From: a virus
Taxonomy: Duplodnaviria > Caudoviricetes
IMG/VR virus record: IMGVR_UViG_3300044297_000148
Location: 1-61,426 of that record
DNA: 61,426 bases
Strand: one strand, 5' to 3'
This document shows, piece after piece, positions 25,775 to 35,514 of the stretch. The translations under genes were made by a program, and so were the position numbers. How positions within the stretch are numbered: the first letter of the stretch is position 1; each line of letters opens with the position of its first letter. Below the pieces are notes generated by a model, which searched no databases, was not told the origin of the DNA, and worked only from the letters and a program-made list of their open reading frames with translations.

Positions 25775-26560
25775 GTGCAACAACAAAAAGGTTTTGACCT
25801 CGCTGGCAAGAAAATCATGATTGGCCTGCCCGCCTACGATCACAAGGTGGGCGTCAAGATGGCAATCTCTCTTGCGCGTCTTGCTCAGGACGTTCTTGAG
25901 CACGGCATTACCATCCAGATCAGTAGCATCTGCGGTTGTTCTGTCGTGTCTCGGGCGAGGAACCTGATTGCCCACGAGTTCCTGAAATCCAACTGCGACC
26001 ATCTGCTCTTTATTGATTCGGACATTTGCTTTGAGCCCGACTCAGTGCTGCGGTTGCTTGCTTGGAATCAGGATCGTGGCGTTGTTGCCGGTGCCTATGA
26101 ATCCCGTAAACCCGGCAAAATCTTTATCCTGACTCTGGATCACGATAAAGATGAAAACATCATCATGGACGAAATGGGGCTTGTAAAAGCCCGCCGTGTT
26201 GCCACCGGCTTCATGATGATTCGCCGTGATGTTCTGGAGACGCTCGCAAAAAACCATCCAGAGTGGGAGCATCCAGACAACATCGCGGAATCCAAGCTGT
26301 TCGGTTTCTTTGACTTTGCCCTCACCCCTGAAGGCTATATCGGTGAGGATTTCCTCTTCTGCAAGCGTGTGATTGATGCGGGTTTCGATGTCTGGATTGA
26401 CCCGACCATCAAGTTGAGCCACATGGGCATCCACGAGTATCACAGCGACTTTGGCGAAGAAGTAATCTACCCGAAGTTGAAAGAAATTGCGCAGGCCCAG
26501 CGCCAGTTGAAGCTGGATTTCGAGGATGACGAAAAGGAATTGAAAGTAGCCTATGGCTAA
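25775..26560 (+). CDS. GT-A fold glycosyltransferase-like protein
   Basis: VSRARN, HLLFIDSD (DxD), TGFMMIRR, GEDFLFC. Confidence 0.8.
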   Translation: MQQQKGFDLAGKKIMIGLPAYDHKVGVKMAISLARLAQDVLEHGITIQISSICGCSVVSRARNLIAHEFLKSNCDHLLFIDSDICFEPDSVLRLLAWNQDRGVVAGAYESRKPGKIFILTLDHDKDENIIMDEMGLVKARRVATGFMMIRRDVLETLAKNHPEWEHPDNIAESKLFGFFDFALTPEGYIGEDFLFCKRVIDAGFDVWIDPTIKLSHMGIHEYHSDFGEEVIYPKLKEIAQAQRQLKLDFEDDEKELKVAYG

Positions 26561-26807
26561 AACTCCAGCATGGCAAAGAGCAGAAGGCAAAAACCCGAAA
26601 GGTGGTTTGAACGCGAAGGGGAGGGCTTCGTACAACGCGGCAAACCCCGACAAACCCGGTTTGAAGAGGCCGCAGCCGGAAGGCGGCTCCCGGCGCGATT
26701 CTTTCTGTGCCCGGATGACGGGGGCGAAGAAGAAATTGACGTCTGCAAAGACCGCTAAAGACCCCAATAGCCGGATCAACAAAAGCCTGCGGGCTTGGAA
26801 TTGTTAG
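26553..26807 (+). CDS. Small basic protein (DUF6321-like)
   Basis: GGLNAKGR...RRDSFCARM...SLRAWNC. Confidence 0.7.
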   Translation: MAKTPAWQRAEGKNPKGGLNAKGRASYNAANPDKPGLKRPQPEGGSRRDSFCARMTGAKKKLTSAKTAKDPNSRINKSLRAWNC

Positions 26808-26815
26808 GAGCTTTT

Positions 26816-28177
26816 ATGCGCCCTGAAGCACGAAAGACTGGTGGCAAGGTCCAAAAAGTGATGCACGAGTTTGGCTCGGGCAAGCTTCGCTCTTCCTCCG
26901 GCCAGAAAGTAACCAACCCCAAACAGGCGATTGCGATTGCCTTGTCCGAGCAACGCAGGGCGAAGAAATATAAGGAAGGCGGCGACGTAGTTGCGGAGAA
27001 CAAACGGCTGGAAGATCTGGCTCGTAGAGCCCGCGAAGAAGCTGCGCGCATGAAGTCCCCCACGCCGACCCCTGCCGAAAAAGCAGAAATGCAACGGCAA
27101 GCTGACGAAGCCAAGCGTCAGGCAGCGGAAGACGCAGCTTACGAAAGGTCAAAAAGACCTTTCGCCCGGGGCGGTGCCATTGGTAAACAAAACACCCAAC
27201 ACGGGAGAATGGACATGCCATTCAAAAAGCTTGGTAAGTTTGCTGGCATGAAGCACGGCGGCAAGGTCAAGCGCTACGCTGGGGGTGGAGATGTGGGTAG
27301 CCTTGACGATATGACCTTCAACGAAGCGTTCAAAACCGCGCGTGATGAACAGGGTGCGGGCAAGATCTTTACATGGCGCGGCAAAAAGTACACAACTAAC
27401 TACGCCTCTGAAACCCCCGCCAAGAAAACCACTGACTACGGCGATGAGTCGGCCCGTATGGCTGCTCGCGCACCTGCTCCTAAAGCGGAAGCCAAACCCA
27501 CTCCCTCTGGTACTACCGATGCCGGTGCGGTTACCGGTCGGGCAAGCCCGCTTGCGAGTAAAGCTCGTTCACTGGCTGAAAAGGAAGAAACCGCCAAGCG
27601 CCTGCCGGGTGCGGTTGCTCAGGGGGCTGCGGAGGCAGCAGGTACTATGGCTGGGCTGGGTGCTCTTTCCAAGGTACCTGCGGCGGTCCGGGCGTTGCGG
27701 GGGGCTGGCTCTCGTGCAGAAGCAGCGATGGAGAAGGTCGCAGAAGGCACTGCGCGCACCCGGGCGAATCGTGGTGAGTCCAACCCGCGTGGTTGGGAAA
27801 ATATGTCCATTGAAGAACGTGCAAAAGCCTACGGCTACCGCAAAGGAGGCAACGTGGAATCCAAGAAAATGATGGCAAAGGAAGTGGCGTTCATGAAGAA
27901 AAAGGGCGCTCCGAAGTCGATGCTCAAGCATGAGATGGCTGAGATGAAGGGCTACGCCCGTGGTGGCAAGATCAAGGAAGTCATGGGTCCGAGCACTATG
28001 GCTAAGGATGTCGAAGGCGGCAGCAAAGCCCGTCATCTTGCGCATGGCGAGCACAGTGAACAAAAGCGCGGTCACACCCGTGGCACGGTGGTGAAGATGG
28101 CCTCTGGTGGCAGCGTGCGTGCGCACGGTGAGCATTCGATCCAAAGGAGCGGCCATACCAAAGGAAGGATGGTTTAA
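26816..28177 (+). CDS. Basic multi-module internal virion protein with 8 xxxGGx[VI] motifs
   Basis: AGGAG RBS before ATG 26816; DUF6496-like KVMHEF...PKQAIAIALSE; TFNEAFKTAR...FTWRGKKYTT module. Confidence 0.75.
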   Translation: MRPEARKTGGKVQKVMHEFGSGKLRSSSGQKVTNPKQAIAIALSEQRRAKKYKEGGDVVAENKRLEDLARRAREEAARMKSPTPTPAEKAEMQRQADEAKRQAAEDAAYERSKRPFARGGAIGKQNTQHGRMDMPFKKLGKFAGMKHGGKVKRYAGGGDVGSLDDMTFNEAFKTARDEQGAGKIFTWRGKKYTTNYASETPAKKTTDYGDESARMAARAPAPKAEAKPTPSGTTDAGAVTGRASPLASKARSLAEKEETAKRLPGAVAQGAAEAAGTMAGLGALSKVPAAVRALRGAGSRAEAAMEKVAEGTARTRANRGESNPRGWENMSIEERAKAYGYRKGGNVESKKMMAKEVAFMKKKGAPKSMLKHEMAEMKGYARGGKIKEVMGPSTMAKDVEGGSKARHLAHGEHSEQKRGHTRGTVVKMASGGSVRAHGEHSIQRSGHTKGRMV

Positions 28178-28180
28178 GCC

Positions 28181-28375
28181 ATGAAAGAACATTACAAGCA
28201 CGTTGAGCACGGCGACTCCCACCTGCCTCACGAACACAAGCACCATGTTGACCATATGAAAGGCCATGAGGAAGGCGGGCATGTCCACCATAGCGAACAC
28301 TTTGGCAAACACGCTGCGGGCCACGCGATGCACCACGATCATGTGAAGAAAATGAAACGCGGCGGGATGTGCTAA
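28181..28375 (+). CDS. His-rich small protein
   Basis: 19 His in 64 aa; ends MKRGGMC. Confidence 0.7.
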   Translation: MKEHYKHVEHGDSHLPHEHKHHVDHMKGHEEGGHVHHSEHFGKHAAGHAMHHDHVKKMKRGGMC

Positions 28376-28666
28376 ATGCGTCCCTCGCGCGGCATGGGGG
28401 CGATTGCCCCCAGCAAGATGCCAAAAGCAAGGCCCCGTACTATCGTTAAACGCGATGGTCCTGAGCCGGTTGAGCTTTATAAACGCGGGGGTAAGGTTTC
28501 CAAGGTCAACCAAGCTGGTGTGTACACCAAGCCGGGGATGCGAAAGTCGCTGTTTGAGTCAATCAAGTCCCAAGCCGTACAGGGCACCAAGGCAGGTCAG
28601 TGGAGCGCAAGGAAAGCACAGCTTTTGGCAAAACGCTACAAGGAAAAAGGCGGGGGATACAAGTGA
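28376..28666 (+). CDS. Small basic protein (DUF5872-like N-part)
   Basis: YTKPGMRK...GQWSARKAQLLAKRYKEKGGGY. Confidence 0.7.
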   Translation: MRPSRGMGAIAPSKMPKARPRTIVKRDGPEPVELYKRGGKVSKVNQAGVYTKPGMRKSLFESIKSQAVQGTKAGQWSARKAQLLAKRYKEKGGGYK

Positions 28667-28896
28667 AAAACCCGCAGCAGTCGCTGAAAGACTGGACTGC
28701 GCAGAAGTGGCGTACCAAGTCCGGTAAACCGTCGAGCAAGACGGGGGAACGATACTTGCCGGAAAACGCAATCAAGGCATTGTCCCCTTCAGAATACGCA
28801 GCAACAACCCGTGCCAAACGGGCAGGAAAAGCCGCAGGAAAACAGTTCGTCAAGCAGCCTAAAACCATTGCGACGAAAACAGCGAGGTACAGGTAA
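28663..28896 (+). CDS. Small basic protein (DUF5872-like C-part)
   Basis: GTGA overlap start; QQSLKDWTAQKW...RYLPE. Confidence 0.65.
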   Translation: MKNPQQSLKDWTAQKWRTKSGKPSSKTGERYLPENAIKALSPSEYAATTRAKRAGKAAGKQFVKQPKTIATKTARYR

Positions 28897-29072
28897 TGGC
28901 AACTAAATGGATTCAGAAGGCGATCAAGAAGCCCGGTGCTCTGCACAAGCAGCTTGGCGTGCCCGCAGGGCAGAAAATCCCCGCCAAGAAGCTCTCCGCT
29001 GCCGCTGAGAAACCCGGCACGCTTGGCCGTCGCGCTCGCCTTGCCCAGACCCTGAGCAAACTGAAGAAGTAG
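28896..29072 (+). CDS. Small basic protein (MATKWIQKAIKKPGALHKQLG...)
   Basis: 58-aa ORF read manually; TAATG coupled and fills the gap exactly. Confidence 0.7.
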   Translation: MATKWIQKAIKKPGALHKQLGVPAGQKIPAKKLSAAAEKPGTLGRRARLAQTLSKLKK

Positions 29073-29798
29073 ATGGCAACATACAAGACGACAGATTTAT
29101 CGGACTTCAACCTTGACCTGAATACGCTGGTCGAGGAAGCCTTTGAGCGCTGCGGGCAAGAGCTTCGCTCGGGGTATGACCTTCGTACTGCTCGTCGCTC
29201 GCTCAATCTGCTGACAATCGAATGGGCTAACAGGGGCATTAACCTTTGGACCATCGAGCAGGGTTCGGTGCCTCTTGTCTACCAGCAGGCTGAGTACGAC
29301 ATCCCGGTAGATACCATCGATTTGCTGGACCACGTTGTTCGCACGGGCTCAGGTGTCACCCAGCAGGACATCAACATCACGCGCATTTCATCGAGCACCT
29401 ACGCGATGATCCCCAACAAGAATGCAACGGGCAGACCGATTCAGGTATGGATCAGGCGGCTTACCGGGGCTACTGACTCAGTGGGTACGGTTGTCAACCC
29501 CAAGATCGTGGTGTGGCCTACGCCGGATAACTCCATTCCCTACACGTTCATCTACTGGCGGCTGCGTCGGATTCAAAACGCCGGGGATGGTGTGAATGGG
29601 CAGGACATCCCGTTCCGGTTCCTGAACTGCATGGTGGCGGGACTTGCCTACTACCTGTCGATGAAGCTGCCCGGGGTTGATCCGGGGCGGCGCATGGAGT
29701 TGAAAGCAGATTATGAGCAGCAGTTTGCTCTGGCTGCTGAAGAGGATCGTGAGAAGGCGGCGGTGCGCTTTGTGCCGCGTGAGACGTTCTTGAGGTAA
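29073..29798 (+). CDS. Head-tail adaptor / tail tubular protein A-like
   Basis: TGRP...VWPTPD...IPFRF...AGLAYYL pattern. Confidence 0.6.
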   Translation: MATYKTTDLSDFNLDLNTLVEEAFERCGQELRSGYDLRTARRSLNLLTIEWANRGINLWTIEQGSVPLVYQQAEYDIPVDTIDLLDHVVRTGSGVTQQDINITRISSSTYAMIPNKNATGRPIQVWIRRLTGATDSVGTVVNPKIVVWPTPDNSIPYTFIYWRLRRIQNAGDGVNGQDIPFRFLNCMVAGLAYYLSMKLPGVDPGRRMELKADYEQQFALAAEEDREKAAVRFVPRETFLR

Positions 29799-29801
29799 GC
29801 C

Positions 29802-30212
29802 GTGCCTAATCGGTTTTCCTCCGGTAAGTTTGCAATAGCGGAATGTGATCGCTGCGGGTTTCGCTACAAGCTGACGCAACTGAAGAACTTGGTCATCAAG
29901 ACCAAGAACGTGTCGATCAAGGTTTGCCCGACTTGTTGGGAACCGGATCAGCCGCAGTTGCAGCTTGGGTTGTACCCCGTGAACGACCCGCAGGCCGTAA
30001 GGGAACCAAGGCCCGATGTGAGCTACCGCACCTCCGGTACCAGCGGGTTGCAGTTGAGTGCCAATGATGCAGGTACTCCAGAAGGCGGTAGCAGGATCAT
30101 CCAGTGGGGCTGGGCACCCGTTGGTGGCGCAAGGGGTATTGATGCCGGATTCACGCCCAATGATCTGGCGCTTGTTATTTCCATCGGTACCGTTACGGTA
30201 GCCACTACTTGA
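29802..30212 (+). CDS. Zn-finger hypothetical protein
   Basis: CDRCG...CPTCWE..QPQL. Confidence 0.7.
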   Translation: MPNRFSSGKFAIAECDRCGFRYKLTQLKNLVIKTKNVSIKVCPTCWEPDQPQLQLGLYPVNDPQAVREPRPDVSYRTSGTSGLQLSANDAGTPEGGSRIIQWGWAPVGGARGIDAGFTPNDLALVISIGTVTVATT

Positions 30213-30222
30213 GGAGTAAGTC

Positions 30223-30414
30223 ATGCAGGCCAAGCAGGTAAAGCGTATCGCTGATGTGGAAGCCCGTAAGGAAGTCAAGATGCACGAGAAGCGCATGCAC
30301 CACACCAAGGGCATGAAAGCTGGTGGCGTGACTTCTCTGGAAATGAAAAAATACGGGCGTAATGTTGCTCGCGCCATGAACCAGCGCAGCGCCACCAAAC
30401 CGCGAGGTGTGTGA
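30223..30414 (+). CDS. Small basic protein with MKAGGV motif
   Basis: GAGGAG RBS. Confidence 0.65.
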   Translation: MQAKQVKRIADVEARKEVKMHEKRMHHTKGMKAGGVTSLEMKKYGRNVARAMNQRSATKPRGV

Positions 30415-30653
30415 TGGATCAGGAATTCAAGTATTTTGGTTGGGGTGAAAAAGACCCGACTAACAAGTACACGCAGCCCAAGCCCAACACCAACCCGTTG
30501 CCGCCTGAGAAAGACATTGGCTATCCTGACGAGTTGAATAAAGCAGGGGTTATGGTGAAAGGCCGTTGGCCCTCCGATACGGGCACCAAGACGCATATCG
30601 ATATGCGCGGGTATGGTGCTGCCACCAAGGGCCGCAAGTTTCTGAAGGACTAG
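30411..30653 (+). CDS. Small hypothetical protein
   Basis: Ends MRGYGAATKGRKF. Confidence 0.6.
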   Translation: MMDQEFKYFGWGEKDPTNKYTQPKPNTNPLPPEKDIGYPDELNKAGVMVKGRWPSDTGTKTHIDMRGYGAATKGRKFLKD

Positions 30654-30654
30654 G

Positions 30655-31320
30655 ATGAACTACGCTGCTCTTAGCCAAGCAATTCAGGACTACACGGAAA
30701 ACACCGAGTCATCCTTTGTTGCCAATATTCCGCTGTTTGTGGAACAGGCGGAGCAGCGTGTTTTCAACACCATGCAGTTCCCGTCGCTTCGCAAGAACGT
30801 GACGGGCGTGACCACGGCTTCAAACAAGTACCTTTCCTGCCCGGATGATTTTTTGTCTGTCTACTCGCTGGCTGTCATCGATGATGCGGGTGACTACAAC
30901 TATCTCCTCAACAAGGATGTCAACTTCATCCGGGAGGCATACCCCTCGGCAACCAGCACGGGGTTGCCCGCTTACTACGCTTTGTTTGGACCTACGGTAA
31001 CCGGCGGTGCCATTACCAATGAGCTTTCTTTCATTCTTGGACCGACACCTGACACCCAGTACAGTGTGGAACTGCATTACTTTTATTACCCGCAAAGCAT
31101 TTCTGTGTCTGGCACTTCTTGGCTGGGTGATAATTTTGATTCGGTTCTTCTCTATGGGTCGCTGATCGAAGCGTATACGTACATGAAGGGCGAGGCGGAC
31201 ATGGTGGCCCTGTATGACGGGAAGTACAAGGAAGCTCTTGCTCTTGCCAAGCGCCTTGGCGATGGTATGGAGCGTCAGGATGCCTACCGCAGTGGTCAAT
31301 ACCGTCAGGCGGTGACTTGA
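30655..31320 (+). CDS. Phage adaptor / tail tubular-like protein
   Basis: GLPAYYA...GPTPD..YSVELHY...LLYGSLIEAY. Confidence 0.65.
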   Translation: MNYAALSQAIQDYTENTESSFVANIPLFVEQAEQRVFNTMQFPSLRKNVTGVTTASNKYLSCPDDFLSVYSLAVIDDAGDYNYLLNKDVNFIREAYPSATSTGLPAYYALFGPTVTGGAITNELSFILGPTPDTQYSVELHYFYYPQSISVSGTSWLGDNFDSVLLYGSLIEAYTYMKGEADMVALYDGKYKEALALAKRLGDGMERQDAYRSGQYRQAVT

Positions 31321-31321
31321 A

Positions 31322-31765
31322 ATGGCTTTCACCGGAAACTACGCCACTAACACCTTCAAGACTGGACTGCCAAGTGGTACGTTCAACCTTGCTGCGGGCA
31401 CGACTGATGTGTTCAAGATCGCGCTGTACACGAATAACGCCACTCTGGATTACACGACGACGGCCTATACGTCATCGGGTGAGGTAAGCGCCTCTGGCTA
31501 CACGGCTGGTGGGCAAACCCTAACTGTGACCCAAGTACCTACCACGGGATCTTCGGGCACGACATCGTATTTCTCCTTTGCGGATGTCACTTGGAGCGGT
31601 GCAATCACCGCCCGGGGTGCGTTGATTTACAAGTACAACGGGTCGACCAACCCGGCCATGGTGGTACTGGATTTTGGTTCCAATAAGACTTCCCAGACTT
31701 CTTTTCAGGTGCAGTTTCCCTCTTCCACCAACACAACCGCAATCGTGAGGATATCGAGCCAATGA
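31322..31765 (+). CDS. Tail-associated structural protein (paralog of 31967-32422)
   Basis: FKIALYT...GEVSASGYTAGG motif. Confidence 0.7.
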   Translation: MAFTGNYATNTFKTGLPSGTFNLAAGTTDVFKIALYTNNATLDYTTTAYTSSGEVSASGYTAGGQTLTVTQVPTTGSSGTTSYFSFADVTWSGAITARGALIYKYNGSTNPAMVVLDFGSNKTSQTSFQVQFPSSTNTTAIVRISSQ

Positions 31766-31953
31766 TTGTCACCACCACAAAAGGGGACATGGATGACTCC
31801 CTACTGGAGAAGAAGACTGGTTCGCTCGACAACGACAAGGAATACACCGAGTGGGTCGAATACTGGCTTGAAGGTGAGCTTGTCCACCGCTCTGTCCACG
31901 TTCATCTCAAAACTAACGTCTTTGCCGATGGTGTTGCGGCGATGCTTGGGTAA
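31762..31953 (+). CDS. Small hypothetical protein
   Basis: ATGA overlap; WVEYWLEGELVHRSVHV. Confidence 0.65.
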   Translation: MIVTTTKGDMDDSLLEKKTGSLDNDKEYTEWVEYWLEGELVHRSVHVHLKTNVFADGVAAMLG

Positions 31954-31966
31954 AAAGGAGCAGTAA

Positions 31967-32422
31967 ATGGCTAATTCGCAGGCGATGACGACTTCGTTCA
32001 AGGGCGAGCTTCTGACGGCTACACATAACTTTGGTACAGCCCCTACCCGTGGCGCTTCCACGGCGGATACTTTCAAGGCGGCGCTGTATCTCACTACGGC
32101 TTCACTCGGTGCGGGTACCACTGCTTATTCAGCAACCGGAGAAGTTTCGGGTTCGGGCTATTCAGCAGGTGGGGTTACCGTTACTAACGCCACGGCTCCT
32201 ACAACGAGCGGTACGACCGCCTATTGGACCCCTTCGGCCAGCATCACTTACACCTCGGTAACCTTGTCGACCGCGTTTGATGCCGTGCTGATCTATAACA
32301 GCAGCCAGTCGAACAAAGCGGTGAGCGTGCATACGTTTGGATCACAGACGGTGACTGCCGGTACCTTTGCCCTGACCATGCCGACGAACGCTGCCGGTAC
32401 CGCCCTGCTGAATATTGCCTAA
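31967..32422 (+). CDS. Tail-associated structural protein
   Basis: FKAALY...GEVSGSGYSAGG; AAGGAG RBS. Confidence 0.7.
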   Translation: MANSQAMTTSFKGELLTATHNFGTAPTRGASTADTFKAALYLTTASLGAGTTAYSATGEVSGSGYSAGGVTVTNATAPTTSGTTAYWTPSASITYTSVTLSTAFDAVLIYNSSQSNKAVSVHTFGSQTVTAGTFALTMPTNAAGTALLNIA

Positions 32423-32436
32423 GTTGAGTTTGCTTT

Positions 32437-33156
32437 GTGGCGCAAACCGGATGGGGTATTGATGGCTGGAGTGTAGATGCTTGGGGAGGGCTAAACCCCG
32501 AAGCATTGACTGGTGTAACCGCTACCGGTTCAGTTAGGTCTGTTGGTGTAAATGTTACCCTTGCGCTTACCGGCGTCACGGGGACGGGATCAGTTGGAAC
32601 AGTCGGAGTCAGTTCGACCTGTGTTCTGAGTGGTGTTACCAGTACAGGATCAGTTGGTAGCATCGTTGCAAGCCCCTCGGTTAGTATTACGGCAGTATCA
32701 GCTACCGGTTCAGTTGGGTCTGTTGGTGTCAGTTCCTTACTTGCGCTTTCCGGGGTCACGGGTACAGGTAGCGCCGGGACCGTAGTAGCTAGTGATACGG
32801 AGTCAGAGTCTGGTGTAATCGCTACCGGCTCGGTAGGTAGCGTCGGGGTCAGCCTATCCAAGGGTCTTACGGCAGTTTCCGCTACTGGCTCAGTTGGTAG
32901 TGTTACGTTCACCTACGTTGTTGCCATTACGGGGGTTACTGCTACTGGTAGCGCAGGCAGTGTTGGCAAGACAAGCTCCCCGGCTCTGAGCGGGGTCACG
33001 GGTACCGGGATGATAGGTACGGTAGCCAAGTTCTACTGGACGACGATTGACGACTCACAGACACCGAACTGGGTGCTCTTGAATGATGCAGACACGGCAA
33101 ACTGGAGTAATATAAATACCAGTCAAGTGCCTGATTGGAACAAAGTAGTAACGTAG
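32437..33156 (+). CDS. Fibre-like protein with ~19-aa TGVTATGSVGSV repeats
   Basis: About 9 repeats; Trp-Gly N-terminus. Confidence 0.7.
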   Translation: MAQTGWGIDGWSVDAWGGLNPEALTGVTATGSVRSVGVNVTLALTGVTGTGSVGTVGVSSTCVLSGVTSTGSVGSIVASPSVSITAVSATGSVGSVGVSSLLALSGVTGTGSAGTVVASDTESESGVIATGSVGSVGVSLSKGLTAVSATGSVGSVTFTYVVAITGVTATGSAGSVGKTSSPALSGVTGTGMIGTVAKFYWTTIDDSQTPNWVLLNDADTANWSNINTSQVPDWNKVVT

Positions 33157-33169
33157 ATAAGGAACCATT

Positions 33170-34522
33170 ATGGCTTCTACTTACAGCACCAACCTTGCAC
33201 TGGAACTCATCGGTACCGGTGACCAGTCGGGTACGTGGGGTACGACGACCAACACCAACCTCGGGACCCTCATCGAGCAGGCCATCTCCGGGTACGTAAC
33301 CCAAGCCATTACCGATGGCGCGGATACCGTCATTACCATCCCCAACGGTGCCACGGGTGTAGCTCGCAATATGTACATCGAGTGTACCGGAGCGCTGACT
33401 GCGAATCGCAACCTGCTCGTCCCCACCAACAAGAAGCTGTACTTCATCTACAACAACACCACGGGTGGGTACAACGTCACGGTGAAAGTCTCCGGGCAAA
33501 CGGGTGTCTCAGTACCCAATGGAGCAAAAATAGTGCTGGTCAGCAACGGCACTGACATTGTGAGTGCCCAAAGTTATCTGGCTTCCCTTTCTCTTGGCTC
33601 TCAACTTACGGTTGCTAACGGCGGCACAGGTGTAAATACTTTTACCACTGCTTATGGCGTACTGTGCGCTGGTACTACGGCAACTGGATCGGTTCAGACG
33701 CTCAATAGCCTTGGAACTTCAGGACAGGTTCTTACCAGCAATGGCGCTGCCGCACTTCCTACTTGGCAAACTCCATCGGCGGGTTCGTCCATTTCAAACG
33801 GAACGTCCAATGTAACCGTTGCTTCTGCTAACGGTTCAGTAACAGTAGCAACAAATGGAACTACTGCGCTCACTATAAACACTAGCCAAAATGCCACGTT
33901 TGCGGGGTCTGCTACGGCAACGGCGCTTATACCTTCCGGTTCAAGCGCACCTACCAATGGAGTTTTTCTTCCTGCCTCCAATCAAGTTGCGGTTTCATGC
34001 AACAGCGCAGAGCAAGCTCGTTTTACTACGGGTAAAACTCTGCTCATTGGCACGACCGCCACAGATGGTTACGGCATAACGCTTTGTGGTGCAGACGGTG
34101 TACGGCAGTATTGGAACTCTCTGGTTTCTTCTACCGGAAACTATAAACACCTTGTATTCAATAACGGTAATGGCGAAGTAGGGTCTATCCAGACTTCTGG
34201 CTCTGGAACGAATTTCAATACTTCTTCTGATTATCGACTGAAAGAAAACATAGTCCCCATGACGGGTGCTTTGGCAAAGGTAGCGCAACTTCGTCCGGTA
34301 ACTTTTACTTGGAAAGTTGATGGAGCTTCTGGCCAAGGTTTTATTGCACATGAGCTTCAAGCAATTGTTCCTGAATGCGTATCAGGCGAAAAAGACGCAG
34401 TAAAGGAGGACGGCAAACCTGATTATCAGAGTGTTGACCATTCAAAGTTGGTAGCCACTCTAACCGCAGCCATTCAAGAGCTAAAAGCAGAGTTTGATGC
34501 TTATAAAGTAGCGCACCCTTAA
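33170..34522 (+). CDS. Tail fibre/spike with C-terminal peptidase S74 chaperone
   Basis: SSDYRLKENI...GFIAHEL...LTAAIQEL. Confidence 0.85.
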   Translation: MASTYSTNLALELIGTGDQSGTWGTTTNTNLGTLIEQAISGYVTQAITDGADTVITIPNGATGVARNMYIECTGALTANRNLLVPTNKKLYFIYNNTTGGYNVTVKVSGQTGVSVPNGAKIVLVSNGTDIVSAQSYLASLSLGSQLTVANGGTGVNTFTTAYGVLCAGTTATGSVQTLNSLGTSGQVLTSNGAAALPTWQTPSAGSSISNGTSNVTVASANGSVTVATNGTTALTINTSQNATFAGSATATALIPSGSSAPTNGVFLPASNQVAVSCNSAEQARFTTGKTLLIGTTATDGYGITLCGADGVRQYWNSLVSSTGNYKHLVFNNGNGEVGSIQTSGSGTNFNTSSDYRLKENIVPMTGALAKVAQLRPVTFTWKVDGASGQGFIAHELQAIVPECVSGEKDAVKEDGKPDYQSVDHSKLVATLTAAIQELKAEFDAYKVAHP

Positions 34523-34534
34523 GAGTATTATTAA

Positions 34535-34762
34535 ATGGCCGAAATTGATCCGGTTCGCTATGGCGTCCTCTGGCAGAAGGTGGAGGATTACGAGCGCCGT
34601 TTCGATGACATGAGCCGCAAGATGGACAAGATGGAAGCTCAACTGGAAAGTCTCATTGGGCTTGCCAATCAGGGCAAAGGCGGTTTTTGGGCGGGGATGG
34701 CGCTCGTTTCTGCTGTCTCGTCTTTCATTGGTTACTTCGCTCATTGGTTTAACAAAGGCTGA
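34535..34762 (+). CDS. Coiled-coil + TM small protein (holin/lysis-associated)
   Basis: C-terminal hydrophobic helix, upstream of the endolysin. Confidence 0.5.
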   Translation: MAEIDPVRYGVLWQKVEDYERRFDDMSRKMDKMEAQLESLIGLANQGKGGFWAGMALVSAVSSFIGYFAHWFNKG

Positions 34763-34765
34763 CAC

Positions 34766-35029
34766 ATGAGTTGGTCAGATGTTCTGAAGGCGGTAATCCC
34801 AATAGTGGTTGCCGCGCTTGCTTGGTTGTTGGGCCAAGTGGCGTCCTTTTCAGAGCGCCTGACCAAGATTGAAGGACAGATCCCTGCATTGATTACACCG
34901 CAAGGCGTTCCTACTGACTCCCCAATTTCGGCAGAGGCAAGGCATAAGCTGAAAGAAGAAATCTTCAAAGAAGTGAACGATCTTCATGTCCGGGTAAAGC
35001 TACTTGAAGAAAGAGCAAAAGCAAAATGA
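34766..35029 (+). CDS. Membrane-anchored small protein
   Basis: N-terminal TM helix + coiled coil. Confidence 0.55.
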   Translation: MSWSDVLKAVIPIVVAALAWLLGQVASFSERLTKIEGQIPALITPQGVPTDSPISAEARHKLKEEIFKEVNDLHVRVKLLEERAKAK

Positions 35030-35514
35030 ACGACCTTATCGGGCTACTGAAAAACATTGCCCCGGGGCTTGCGACTGCCGTTGCGGGTCCTCTTGGGGGT
35101 GCCGTCGTTACCGCGATTGCGTCCAAGTTTGGCGTTGAAGATTCTGTTGAAAAAGTGACGCAAGCTGTTGCTGCGATGAAAAACGACCCGCAAATGATGG
35201 CTAAACTTCAGGAATTGGAGCTTGAGTACGCGAAGCTGGCGCAGGAAAACACGGCTAATGCCCGTGCCATGCAGATTGCGGCACTCCAGCAGACTGACGC
35301 CTTCAGCAAGCGGTTTGTGGCCTATCTGAGTGCCTTTTGGTCGATCATGGCGGTGAGCTACATCGGTTTCGTGACCTTTGTGGACATTCCCGAAAAGAAC
35401 GTGCGTTTTGTGGACACCATCCTCGGGTTCATGCTTGGGACGGTGGTAGCGACAGTGCTGAACTTCTGGCTTGGATCGTCTGCTGGCAGCAGGGCTAAGG
35501 ACACGCCCAAGTGA
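35026..35514 (+). CDS. Holin-like protein
   Basis: Two C-terminal TM helices, NFWLGSS motif, coupled to the endolysin. Confidence 0.65.
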   Translation: MNDLIGLLKNIAPGLATAVAGPLGGAVVTAIASKFGVEDSVEKVTQAVAAMKNDPQMMAKLQELELEYAKLAQENTANARAMQIAALQQTDAFSKRFVAYLSAFWSIMAVSYIGFVTFVDIPEKNVRFVDTILGFMLGTVVATVLNFWLGSSAGSRAKDTPK

